From a virus: a stretch of DNA of 64,000 bases. Below the pieces are notes generated by a model. That model worked only from the letters and a program-made list of their open reading frames with translations, searched no databases and was not told where the DNA came from. Location of the stretch: IMG/VR virus record IMGVR_UViG_3300045241_000115, positions 9,960-73,959 of that record. One strand, written 5' to 3'. The position numbers were made by a program, and so were the translations under genes. Shown in pieces: positions 1 to 7,585 of the stretch (positions within the stretch are counted from its first letter, which is position 1; every line of letters starts with the position of its first letter).

Positions 1-8
1 AGGCCGAG

Positions 9-1031
9 TTGCCGGTACTCGAGAAAACCACGCCAAACCAGGAGGGAAAGGGCAAGTACCTCGACTACGGCGAGTTGTGGGAGACGTGCTGCCCGATCTG
101 GACCAAGCACGGTTTCACGGTCGCCTTCGACATCGTGCCGACCGATAACGGACTGATCCGCGTCAAGCTGATCCTTGATCATACAGCGGGCCATCGCGAG
201 ACCTTTCTGGCGCCCGACACGCCACCCGACACGGCTGGGCCAAAAGGCACACCCAACAAAACGGTCCCGCAGGGCAATCAAGCGACGATCACCTTCGTCC
301 AGCGCGGTCTGCTGACGCGGGCTCTCGGCATCGGCATGAAACGGGAAGAGGACGACGGCAACAGCGGCGCGACCGGCGATCATCGCGCAGCGCCGCATAC
401 AACAAGGACCGAGCGCCGGTACGCCGACGACCGCCCGCCGGTCAATTGGGTCGATAGCACCGTCGAGCTGCTCGACGCCGCGAAGACCCTGGAAGCCTGG
501 GAGACGCGGATCATCCAGGCGTTGCGTAACCCGCCGTCCGTCACCGAGGTCGAGGACCTCAAAAGCCGGCTGCGCGCGGCGGTCAACGGCATCCACGACC
601 GCGCGGTGCGCAATCGCATCGCCGATGCGTTCCGTGCGGCCTCGGGCAGTCTCGCGCCGTCAGCAGAGTCCAAACCCCGAAGCGCGGAAGGCGAAGACGC
701 CGACCGGGCCGAGGCGGCGGAAGCACAAGCGGCCCTCGAAGCGCGAATGCGTTCGTCGGCGGAAGCCCTGCGGCAGTCGCGCGAAGCCAGGGCGGCATCG
801 GGCGCGCCGGAATGGACCGCGCCACTCAGTGACGACGAGCAATGGGCGGAGAACCAGATCAGCGATCTCTCTCTGGTCAGCGACATGAACACGTTCCTGG
901 TGATGGCGAACGCCGCCGAGACTCAGAAGAAAATGAAGACGTTCTCCACCACCAACCGACCGCTCTACGAACGCGTGAAGGCCGCATACGAGGCTGCCCA
1001 GACGCGGATCAGCCGGGAGGCCGCGCGATGA
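9..1031 (+). CDS. ERF-family ssDNA annealing protein (5' end probably outside the window)
   Basis: Motifs YLDYGEL...KHGF, ILDHTAGH, PQG..ATITFVQR..L..ALGI...EDDGN match ERF recombinases; the frame is open back to the window edge. Confidence 0.75.
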   Translation: MPVLEKTTPNQEGKGKYLDYGELWETCCPIWTKHGFTVAFDIVPTDNGLIRVKLILDHTAGHRETFLAPDTPPDTAGPKGTPNKTVPQGNQATITFVQRGLLTRALGIGMKREEDDGNSGATGDHRAAPHTTRTERRYADDRPPVNWVDSTVELLDAAKTLEAWETRIIQALRNPPSVTEVEDLKSRLRAAVNGIHDRAVRNRIADAFRAASGSLAPSAESKPRSAEGEDADRAEAAEAQAALEARMRSSAEALRQSREARAASGAPEWTAPLSDDEQWAENQISDLSLVSDMNTFLVMANAAETQKKMKTFSTTNRPLYERVKAAYEAAQTRISREAAR

Positions 1032-1360
1032 CCGAACTTGTCGACCGGCAGTTCATGCTGTCGGCGATCCTCGCGCGCGATCCCGACGCGACAAGACTCC
1101 ATCTGCGCCATCTGCAGGTGTTGGAACACGTCTGCTCCGGCAACGGCGTGCTGACATCGGCAGTGATTGCCGCCGAGCTTGACATCAGCCCGGCGCAAAC
1201 GTCGCGGCTGCTCGCCAAGCTGGAGAGCCACGAAATGATCACGCGCTCCGATCCACGTTATCGCCCGATGACGTGGGGGCCGACGGTGCGCGGCCGCGCG
1301 CTGATCATACGCCTGCGCACCTACGTCTCTGCGTGCCTGTCAACCGACCAAGCCGCCTAA
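1028..1360 (+). CDS. MarR-like winged-helix DNA-binding protein
   Basis: LTSAVIAAELDISPAQTSRLLAKLESHEMITR...T..GR; ATG overlaps the ERF stop (ATGA). Confidence 0.7.
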   Translation: MTELVDRQFMLSAILARDPDATRLHLRHLQVLEHVCSGNGVLTSAVIAAELDISPAQTSRLLAKLESHEMITRSDPRYRPMTWGPTVRGRALIIRLRTYVSACLSTDQAA

Positions 1361-1376
1361 ACAGAAAGGAACAACC

Positions 1377-2975
1377 ATGAACACGCTGAGTATCGCGCTT
1401 GAGAACCTGCGCCCCGATCCCGCCAACGCCCGTCATGTCTGCGACAACGACGTTTCCAGCCTCGCCGCCTCCATCGACCGCGTCGGCCTGTTGCAGCCCA
1501 TCGTGGTGCGGCCCGACGGCGACTCCTGGCTCGTCGTCGCCGGCAACCGTCGCGTACAAGCCTGTCGTACGCTTGGTCGTACGCACATCGACGCCGTGGA
1601 ATTCGCCGTGGACGAGGACCATGAGGCCGTCGCGGCGTCGGCTGCGGAAAACATGGTGCGCATGCCCATGCACCCCGTTGACACGTGGCGTGCGATGACC
1701 GCGCTGATCGATGGGGGCTACTCCCGCGAGGGTGCCGCCGACGCGCTCGGCGTCTCCCACGTCATGGCCCGTCGCCTCGATCATCTGGGCCGCATGGCGC
1801 CGCAGCTCGTGGACGCCATCGCCACCCAGGCGGAACTGCCCCAGGCGTCGATCATGCGCACCATCGCGCTGGCCCCGACCCCGGTGCAGCAAAAGGCCCT
1901 GGCGGCCGCGAGCCGGGGCGGCAAGGTCGATTGGTGGCGCGTCGCCCAGGGCTGCGAGACCACCCGCATTCCGATGACGCGGGCGATCTTCGACACCGAG
2001 GCCGCCAGCGTCACCTTCGACGAGGACCTGTTCGCCCAGCCGGACGATGACGAGCGGTTCACCACGACCGACATCGCAGGCTTCCTCAAGGCGCAATGCG
2101 ACGCGCTGGACGCCAAGGCTACGGCGTCCAAGGGGCGCATGACCGCCTATGTCTGGTCGCGCCCCCTGCGCCTGCGCGACCGCATGCCGAAGGGATGGGC
2201 GGCGACTTACGACGACCCGCCGAAGCGGTGGAAGAAGGACGATCCGCGTCATCTGTTCGCCAGCGTGATCGGCGAGGGCTACGAGATCGGCGCGGTCGAG
2301 TACGTCGTGGCCGCCCCCAAGGTGGACCGCCCGGCTGCTGCGGCAACGGTCGGGACCGAGACGGTGCGCGAGCGGTCGCCGATCAGCAAGATGACGATAA
2401 ACCGCCTCGCGATGATGAAGCGCGAGGCCGTCGTGGAGCGTCTGCCTCTGATCGCGGCGAACGCCAACCCCTCGGACATGCTGCGCGCGCTGTTGCTCGT
2501 GCTGACCTTCGAGAATGTCAGCCTGTGGGACAGCGACCGCCGCTACGGCACCTCGCCCTATCGCGACCTCGCCCGCCATCTGGTCGATCACGAGGGAAAG
2601 CCTGTCGATCTGTCCGAGGCGCAGCTTTGCGTCCTAGCCGCCGATGCGATCGGACGCGTGGTGAAGTTCGAGGGCGCCGACATCGCCAACTCGTCCGGCC
2701 CCCAGGCCGAATGGCTGGCGGCGATGGTGGGGGCCGAGATGCCACGCTGCGACAGCGAGGAAATCCTGAAAGGGCTGACCAAGGACGCGCTGATCGAACT
2801 GGCCCGCCAGCACGGCATATCCGAGCAGGGCAAGACCGTCGAGATCAGGGGGAGGCTGATCGGACATTTGCCCGACTGGCGGCCCGCTGACTTCGGCGCC
2901 AAGGGCCCGTCCGGCTACCACTTCGAGCGGGAGCAGGCCGACGACGAGTCCGACGATGCGGAGGAGGCTGCGTGA
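1377..2975 (+). CDS. ParB/RepB/Spo0J-family protein (long form)
   Basis: LAASIDRVGLLQPIVVRP, VVAGNRRV, AENMVR..MHPVD and an HTH; preceded by the AACAGAAAGGAAC leader. Confidence 0.85.
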   Translation: MNTLSIALENLRPDPANARHVCDNDVSSLAASIDRVGLLQPIVVRPDGDSWLVVAGNRRVQACRTLGRTHIDAVEFAVDEDHEAVAASAAENMVRMPMHPVDTWRAMTALIDGGYSREGAADALGVSHVMARRLDHLGRMAPQLVDAIATQAELPQASIMRTIALAPTPVQQKALAAASRGGKVDWWRVAQGCETTRIPMTRAIFDTEAASVTFDEDLFAQPDDDERFTTTDIAGFLKAQCDALDAKATASKGRMTAYVWSRPLRLRDRMPKGWAATYDDPPKRWKKDDPRHLFASVIGEGYEIGAVEYVVAAPKVDRPAAAATVGTETVRERSPISKMTINRLAMMKREAVVERLPLIAANANPSDMLRALLLVLTFENVSLWDSDRRYGTSPYRDLARHLVDHEGKPVDLSEAQLCVLAADAIGRVVKFEGADIANSSGPQAEWLAAMVGAEMPRCDSEEILKGLTKDALIELARQHGISEQGKTVEIRGRLIGHLPDWRPADFGAKGPSGYHFEREQADDESDDAEEAA

Positions 2976-3169
2976 TGGGCGAGGCAGTCGAGGACATATT
3001 GGACGGACTCGCATGCGAGGTTTGCGGAGTGTGGTTCGATGACGTGCTGGACGGGGGCGAGCCGCCCGGTCACCCGCGACGATGCGAACAATGCGAACCG
3101 ACCCGGCCACAAAGCCGGGAGCGCAATCGCAAGGAACGACGACGCCGGCTGGCGGCGAGGCCGACATGA
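2972..3169 (+). CDS. small Zn-ribbon protein
   Basis: CEVC...CEQC; overlaps neighbouring starts and stops. Confidence 0.55.
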   Translation: MMGEAVEDILDGLACEVCGVWFDDVLDGGEPPGHPRRCEQCEPTRPQSRERNRKERRRRLAARPT

Positions 3170-3357
3170 GCGGCATCGGCAGGGTGCCGGCGTGGTGGCT
3201 CACGCTGACGGGCATCTCGGCGAGCGCCGCGCTCGAACTGCTGCGCGCGGTCGAGCGCCGCGGCGTCTCCAAGAACGACCGCCGGGAGGTCGAGCGCATC
3301 TGGCACGCGTTGCGCATTGATCAGGCCATCGAGAAGACCTTGGGAGGAGCGCCATGA
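3166..3357 (+). CDS. hypothetical protein
   Basis: ATGA overlaps on both sides. Confidence 0.5.
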   Translation: MSGIGRVPAWWLTLTGISASAALELLRAVERRGVSKNDRREVERIWHALRIDQAIEKTLGGAP

Positions 3358-3572
3358 GTCAAACTGAACTGGTGCCGATCGACCTGCCGGAGATGATCGG
3401 CGAAGTGCGGCGCGAACTGAACTACCGCCAGCGCGCCTATCCGCAGTGGGTGTCCGAAGGGAAACTCAACTCACGGATGGCGGCTCGTCAGATCGACCGG
3501 ATGGAAGCGGTCCTGAACCTTCTGATTGATCTGAATGGACCATCGCGTCCGCAGGCGCGGCGGGCGGCGTAA
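3354..3572 (+). CDS. conserved phage hypothetical protein
   Basis: GGAGG SD; EVRREL.YR..AYP.WV..GK motif familiar from phage proteins. Confidence 0.6.
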   Translation: MSQTELVPIDLPEMIGEVRRELNYRQRAYPQWVSEGKLNSRMAARQIDRMEAVLNLLIDLNGPSRPQARRAA

Positions 3573-3936
3573 GCAGTGGGCGTCGGGGGAATGCCGTCAG
3601 CCATCTGGCGAGTTCCCCCGACAGCCTGTTCAACTGCCCGGCCGGCACCGGGCGTCCTCGCACCTGCGACAGGCGCTCTGCCAACGTCAGCCAATTGGAT
3701 AGATCCTCGAGCGAAAGGCCGGTCAGCATTGGCGTTTCGCGGGGCAATTCCCCTGGCGCCTCGATCTCTCCCAAGTCCTGGCCGCGCTCGGCTGCGACAT
3801 AAGCGCGGATCGCCTGCCCGACCCATTCGGCAACCGTCGCGTCCTGCCGCCGCGCCGCCGCGAGCGCCGCCGCGCGGTCCGCTTCGTCCATGTCTCGGAT
3901 CGTCCAATGCGACGCCACGGTATCCCCGTACGACAT
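3466..3936 (-). CDS. ribbon-helix-helix-like regulator
   Basis: N-terminal WTIRDMD...AAARR...TVAEWV..AI pattern; the start may be the GTG about 18 nt downstream. Confidence 0.55.
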   Translation of the reverse strand: MSYGDTVASHWTIRDMDEADRAAALAAARRQDATVAEWVGQAIRAYVAAERGQDLGEIEAPGELPRETPMLTGLSLEDLSNWLTLAERLSQVRGRPVPAGQLNRLSGELARWLTAFPRRPLLTPPAAPADAMVHSDQSEGSGPLPSGRSDEPPSVS

Positions 3937-3947
3937 TTTGTCGTACG
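3927..3947. promoter_or_regulatory. perfect inverted repeat, probable operator
   Basis: CGTACGACA-TTT-TGTCGTACG between divergent regulator genes. Confidence 0.5.
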
Positions 3948-4055
3948 CGCTCGTACAGATGTGCTACGCGTCGGGGCAAGTTACAAAAGCGACGGAACGT
4001 TCGCGCGGCTCAGGGCGGCTACCTCCCCAGGCTGACACGTCCAAGGAGTGTTGTC

Positions 4056-4421
4056 ATGAGCGGCCCGGTCTACCAGGGGCCGCTGACACGGTATGGCGAT
4101 TTACCGGCGGCGAAGCTGTGGCAAGCATGGCTGCGCGCTCGGTACAAATCGCGCCGTCCTCCCGTGATCGGCGGCAAGGTCATCGCCCTGGCGCTCGCCT
4201 GTTATGGAGACTCGATGGCATGGCCGTTGACCGAGGATATCGCGGACTATTTCGGCTGTACGCAGACATCGGTGAACTCTCAGGTCGGTCTCAACGTGCG
4301 TCGCGGCCTGCTGAGTTGGCGGGGAGAGCCGCTGTACGTGAGCCGCCTGTGGTCGCCGGTCACGATCCGCTACCTCGAGCCGTCGTCGGAGGTTCGCAAA
4401 GAGAAGTTCGATGGGGTTTGA
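4056..4421 (+). CDS. HTH-domain protein
   Basis: AAGGAG SD; WPLTEDIADYFGCTQTSVNSQV..NVRRGLL. Confidence 0.6.
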   Translation: MSGPVYQGPLTRYGDLPAAKLWQAWLRARYKSRRPPVIGGKVIALALACYGDSMAWPLTEDIADYFGCTQTSVNSQVGLNVRRGLLSWRGEPLYVSRLWSPVTIRYLEPSSEVRKEKFDGV

Positions 4422-4453
4422 CATGAGCCGGGCGGCGGGAGTCGGATCGCCCC

Positions 4454-4678
4454 ATGCACATCATCCGGCTCCGCGATCCCGAGCGCCGCATGGCGCGCTA
4501 TCACTGTCTCTGCCTGCAAGGGACGCTCTGGCGGCAGGGGGTCGCCGTCGTCCATGAGTGGGGCCGCATCGGCAGCCCGGGCACGGTCCGCAGCGAGGAC
4601 CATGCCGACGAGGCGGCGGCCAGGAAGGCGGTCGCGCGATATCTGCGCGTCAAGCGCCGGAAGGGCTACGGACCATAG
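4454..4678 (+). CDS. WGR-domain protein
   Basis: ARY...Q.TL.....V.EWGRIGSPG...KRRKGY. Confidence 0.85.
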   Translation: MHIIRLRDPERRMARYHCLCLQGTLWRQGVAVVHEWGRIGSPGTVRSEDHADEAAARKAVARYLRVKRRKGYGP

Positions 4679-4715
4679 ACCCGGTTATCGATCCAACGGG
4701 GAGTTTCAAAGGGTT

Positions 4716-4916
4716 ATGAGCGAGTATCCATGGGGATCGGGACGCGCGAATGCACTCCGCTGGTGTGCGCTGGAAATATGTCGCAGGGAGCATCCCGCTA
4801 ATCTTTGCGACGAGCCATGTGTTCGCTGCTGGCAGGGAGCGGAAGCACAGATGCTGGAGGCGCAGGAGGTTGCCCGGTCGATCCGGCGAGCGCTGATGCG
4901 CCGGAAGGCTCCATAA
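4716..4916 (+). CDS. small Cys-rich cassette gene
   Basis: Starts and ends inside the repeats; C-terminus KAP*. Confidence 0.6.
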   Translation: MSEYPWGSGRANALRWCALEICRREHPANLCDEPCVRCWQGAEAQMLEAQEVARSIRRALMRRKAP

Positions 4917-4959
4917 TTGCCGACCCGGTTATCGATCCATTGAGGAGTTTCAGGAGGTT

Positions 4960-5184
4960 ATGAGTGAGCATCCCGAGCAGTATTTGGGCGACGGACTCTA
5001 TGTGAGCTTCGACGGCTACCATGTGGTCCTGCGGGCACCGCGCGTGGGCGGTGATCACTTCGTTGCCCTGGAACCAGAGGTGATGATCGCGTTTCAAGCA
5101 TACCTCACGGCTTTGGCTCGTAAGCATCCGGAACTGCAAACGCGATGGAATATGATGCGTGAGGCTGACCGCAAGACACCATAA
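4960..5184 (+). CDS. small cassette gene (YLGDGLYVSFDG motif)
   Basis: AGGAGG SD within the repeat; C-terminus KTP*. Confidence 0.7.
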   Translation: MSEHPEQYLGDGLYVSFDGYHVVLRAPRVGGDHFVALEPEVMIAFQAYLTALARKHPELQTRWNMMREADRKTP

Positions 5185-5227
5185 TTGCCGACCCGGTTAT
5201 CGTGCCAATGAGGAGTTTCAAAGGGTT

Positions 5228-5437
5228 ATGAGAGAGGTGCATGGCGTGGCTTACGCACACAAAGTCACCATGTCGGAGGCGGAAAGCGAGACTCAAAATG
5301 TGCTCGTCACGGATGACGGAACCGGAATCCGGCTGACGCTCACTGCTTGCTCGTATCCGGCGCGGCTCACTCCCGAGGAGGCTCGGTTCATAGCGCAGGC
5401 GCTCACGGAGGCAGCCGATCGCTGCAAGGCACCATAA
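5228..5437 (+). CDS. small cassette gene
   Basis: ATG within the repeat; C-terminus KAP*. Confidence 0.6.
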   Translation: MREVHGVAYAHKVTMSEAESETQNVLVTDDGTGIRLTLTACSYPARLTPEEARFIAQALTEAADRCKAP

Positions 5438-5482
5438 TAGCCAATATCGTCCCTTCGGGTCGGTGAGGAGGGTTTCGCCACA

Positions 5483-5722
5483 ATGATCAAGGCAATCGCG
5501 CACGGCGCCAACGGTCGCAAAATCCTGGTGCTCGGCCTGAGCTTCGGCGATCTCCGCGAGGCGCCCGGCGACACGTTCATCCGCGTCGTCGACGGCAAGG
5601 AAATGGGGCTGGACATGGACGTGATGATTATCTCCGGCGAGACCGAGGCGCATATGGCGGAAACGCTGGCCGGCATCGGGCCGGATACCAAGGTCCACGT
5701 CAGTCCACGCTCGAGGAGTTAA
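5483..5722 (+). CDS. hypothetical protein
   Basis: GAGGAGG SD; clean ORF. Confidence 0.65.
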   Translation: MIKAIAHGANGRKILVLGLSFGDLREAPGDTFIRVVDGKEMGLDMDVMIISGETEAHMAETLAGIGPDTKVHVSPRSRS

Positions 5723-5727
5723 AGACC

Positions 5728-6075
5728 GTGAACGATAATGACTTTCTACAATGGCTGCACGAGGCTAGCGGTTATCACTTCCCGACTGAGCTGCCCGGCG
5801 GGCGCTACGCCTGCATCAACCGGCGCTGGCACAACACACAGGTCATCACGGGCCGGATGGGAGATCGCACCGGGTTTGCTGACGCTTGGTGATACGATTC
5901 CCCCGAGCATGCCCTGGCAGGGCTGCTGGAATGGCTGGGCCGGGAAGGGGAGGGAGAGCCTGCCGGTTGGTTCCGGCACGCAGCGTCCGGCCGGCGCGTC
6001 TCCCGCTCGCCCGATGAGCGCGATGACGCCGGCAGGCGGGTGGGCGCGGTCGGGGTGACGTATGTGCGCAGGTAA
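5728..6075 (+). CDS. 115-aa ORF with in-frame TGA (5890-5892): candidate selenoprotein or nonsense pseudogene
   Basis: GAGGAG SD and GTG start; reading through TGA fills the gap to the next SD exactly; ...FADAW*YDSPEHALAGLLEW...GEPAGWFRH..SGRR; not in the supplied ORF track. Confidence 0.65.
5898..5931 (+). promoter_or_regulatory. bacterial SECIS-like hairpin
   Basis: TTCC/GGAA, AGCA/TGCT, bulged T, GCCCT/AGGGC, apical loop GGC starting 24 nt after the UGA. Confidence 0.45.
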
Positions 6076-6087
6076 GGAGGAAAATGA

Positions 6088-6318
6088 ATGTCCGACGAGC
6101 CGACGGAAAGGCTGGAACTCAGGATCACGCCAGATCTTTGGCAGGCGATCGACCGTCTGGCGAAGGAAGAGGGCCGCCACATTACATCCATGGCACGCTT
6201 GCTGATCGAGCGGGGCCTATTGGCTACGGCGTCGCGACCGAAACCGCACCATTTAGTCCCTGTCGCGAACCGCTGGGGCCTGGACAAACCACGCAAAAGG
6301 CCACGCTACCCGCGATAA
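6088..6318 (+). CDS. Arc/CopG-like ribbon-helix-helix regulator
   Basis: RLELRITPDLWQAIDRLAKEEGRHITSMARLLIERGL; AAGGAGG SD. Confidence 0.75.
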   Translation: MSDEPTERLELRITPDLWQAIDRLAKEEGRHITSMARLLIERGLLATASRPKPHHLVPVANRWGLDKPRKRPRYPR

Positions 6319-6357
6319 CTGGCCTTATCGCGCATAACGGAATTTCGGAGTCCAGGA

Positions 6358-6444
6358 TTGACCAACCTGATCTGGGCCGTGATCCTCGGAGGGGCCGCTG
6401 GGCTCTATATCGGGGCCGCGTTCGGATGGGCCTTCAAGGAGTGA
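6358..6444 (+). CDS. 28-aa single-TM membrane peptide
   Basis: GGAG SD, TTG start, MTNLIWAVILGGAAGLYIGAAFGWAFKE. Confidence 0.45.
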   Translation: MTNLIWAVILGGAAGLYIGAAFGWAFKE

Positions 6445-6491
6445 CGCCATGCCAGACAGGACGATCCTCGAGCAGGCCAAGGTGCCGACGA

Positions 6492-6743
6492 ATGGCTGAG
6501 GGGCAGAGCCGGGACGAAATGGCCGTCGAGCGCGCGGTCGAGAGCCTGTATCGCGTCCTCGAGTTCCGCCGATGGGTGCAGAGCAACGTGCTGTTCCCGA
6601 CCGTTCCCGACACCGTCGTTCACCCGCTGCTGGACCATCTGCGCGAGGCCGAGCACAGGCTTCTCGCCGCCCTTTATGACCGCGACGCCCTCGACCGCGT
6701 GGCAGCAATCAACCGGACGCTCGCTCGGCCCGGGAAAGTGTGA
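6492..6743 (+). CDS. hypothetical protein
   Basis: Last gene of the + strand cluster; helical composition. Confidence 0.5.
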   Translation: MAEGQSRDEMAVERAVESLYRVLEFRRWVQSNVLFPTVPDTVVHPLLDHLREAEHRLLAALYDRDALDRVAAINRTLARPGKV

Positions 6744-6747
6744 ATGA

Positions 6748-6778
6748 AAAAAGGCCCCGACGGGGTGCGGGGCCAGGG
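6748..6778 (-). terminator. intrinsic terminator of the late operon
   Basis: On the - strand: GGCCCCG-CACCCCGT-CGGGGCC followed by a T run. Confidence 0.75.
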
Positions 6779-6803
6779 AGTTCCTTTCAGGGTGAGGGCG
6801 ATC

Positions 6804-6992
6804 TTAGCCGCGGATTACCTGCACCCACTGATGACGATTGAGCGACACGACGCGATCGACGCCGGTCGCGTCGTTGTGCAACGCAACATCGATCCGTCGC
6901 GGCATGTACGAATTGTCGATCGCGGTCACGCGCTCGCCGGCAATCTTGTCGCCGATCGCGAGCAGCCGCGCCTCGACGGTAACGGTGCTCAT
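6804..6992 (-). CDS. hypothetical protein
   Basis: ATGA-coupled to the upstream gene. Confidence 0.5.
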   Translation of the reverse strand: MSTVTVEARLLAIGDKIAGERVTAIDNSYMPRRIDVALHNDATGVDRVVSLNRHQWVQVIRG

Positions 6993-7204
6993 GCGGTCCG
7001 GGCCGGCTCGGGCATCTGGCCGCCCTGGCTCTGCGCCAACTGCTGCTGGTAGAGCTGGATCTGCGCGGTCGCCTGGTTGCGCAGCTCCATGATCAGATCG
7101 GCGACGGTCTCGAACGGCTGCTTGCCGATGATCGCGAGCACCATGTTGGCCTGCGCCATCGGCAGCGTCCAGGTGATTTCAGGCTCGGGGGGACGGGTTG
7201 TCAT
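6989..7204 (-). CDS. small phage protein, typical downstream of tail fibres
   Basis: ANMVLAIIGKQPFETVADLIMELRNQA; AAGGAG SD. Confidence 0.6.
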   Translation of the reverse strand: MTTRPPEPEITWTLPMAQANMVLAIIGKQPFETVADLIMELRNQATAQIQLYQQQLAQSQGGQMPEPARTA

Positions 7205-7288
7205 GCGGTTCTCCTTGGCTGTGGTCAACGCAAAGCGCCCCGCGTCCGCGAGGACGCAGGGCGGCGACGGCGGGTGTGTCAGAACCGG

Positions 7289-7585
7289 TTAGAAACGCCT
7301 GGGCTGCGGGAGGGACTCTGGGCGAAGCAGCGGGCGAGGCTCTGGGATGGTTTCGACCGCCTGATGCTGTGGCGGTGTCGTGTCCTTCCTGATGTGCGGG
7401 CCCGGCAGGTCGGGCGGATCGGGCGGCGGCGCTATCGGCGCATCGACCACCCTTGGGTCGGGCTGCCACGCGTGTTCGATGATGACCATCGGCTCCGGCG
7501 ACTCCCGTTTGGCATCGAGATCGGTCGGCGGCGTCGGCACATCGGCCGCGTGCAAGAGTGGTGGGTCGGGTTCGGGTTCAGCCAT
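7289..7585 (-). CDS. Pro-rich hypothetical protein
   Basis: Overlaps the fibre stop; AAAGGA SD. Confidence 0.4.
   Translation of the reverse strand: MAEPEPDPPLLHAADVPTPPTDLDAKRESPEPMVIIEHAWQPDPRVVDAPIAPPPDPPDLPGPHIRKDTTPPQHQAVETIPEPRPLLRPESLPQPRRF

Larger units (their letters stand above)
4673..5449 (+). repeat. roughly 55-bp intergenic direct repeats (3 full copies at about 4673, 4911, 5179; 1 degenerate at about 5432) separating small genes
   Basis: CCATAA(TTGCC)GACCCGGTTATCG..CCA..G.GGAGTTTCA...GGTTATGAG.GAG; supplies the upstream stop and the downstream ATG. Confidence 0.9.

Noticed and set aside
4673-5240. The repeats as a CRISPR array
   Set aside because: Spacers are about 200-bp ORFs and the repeats are degenerate
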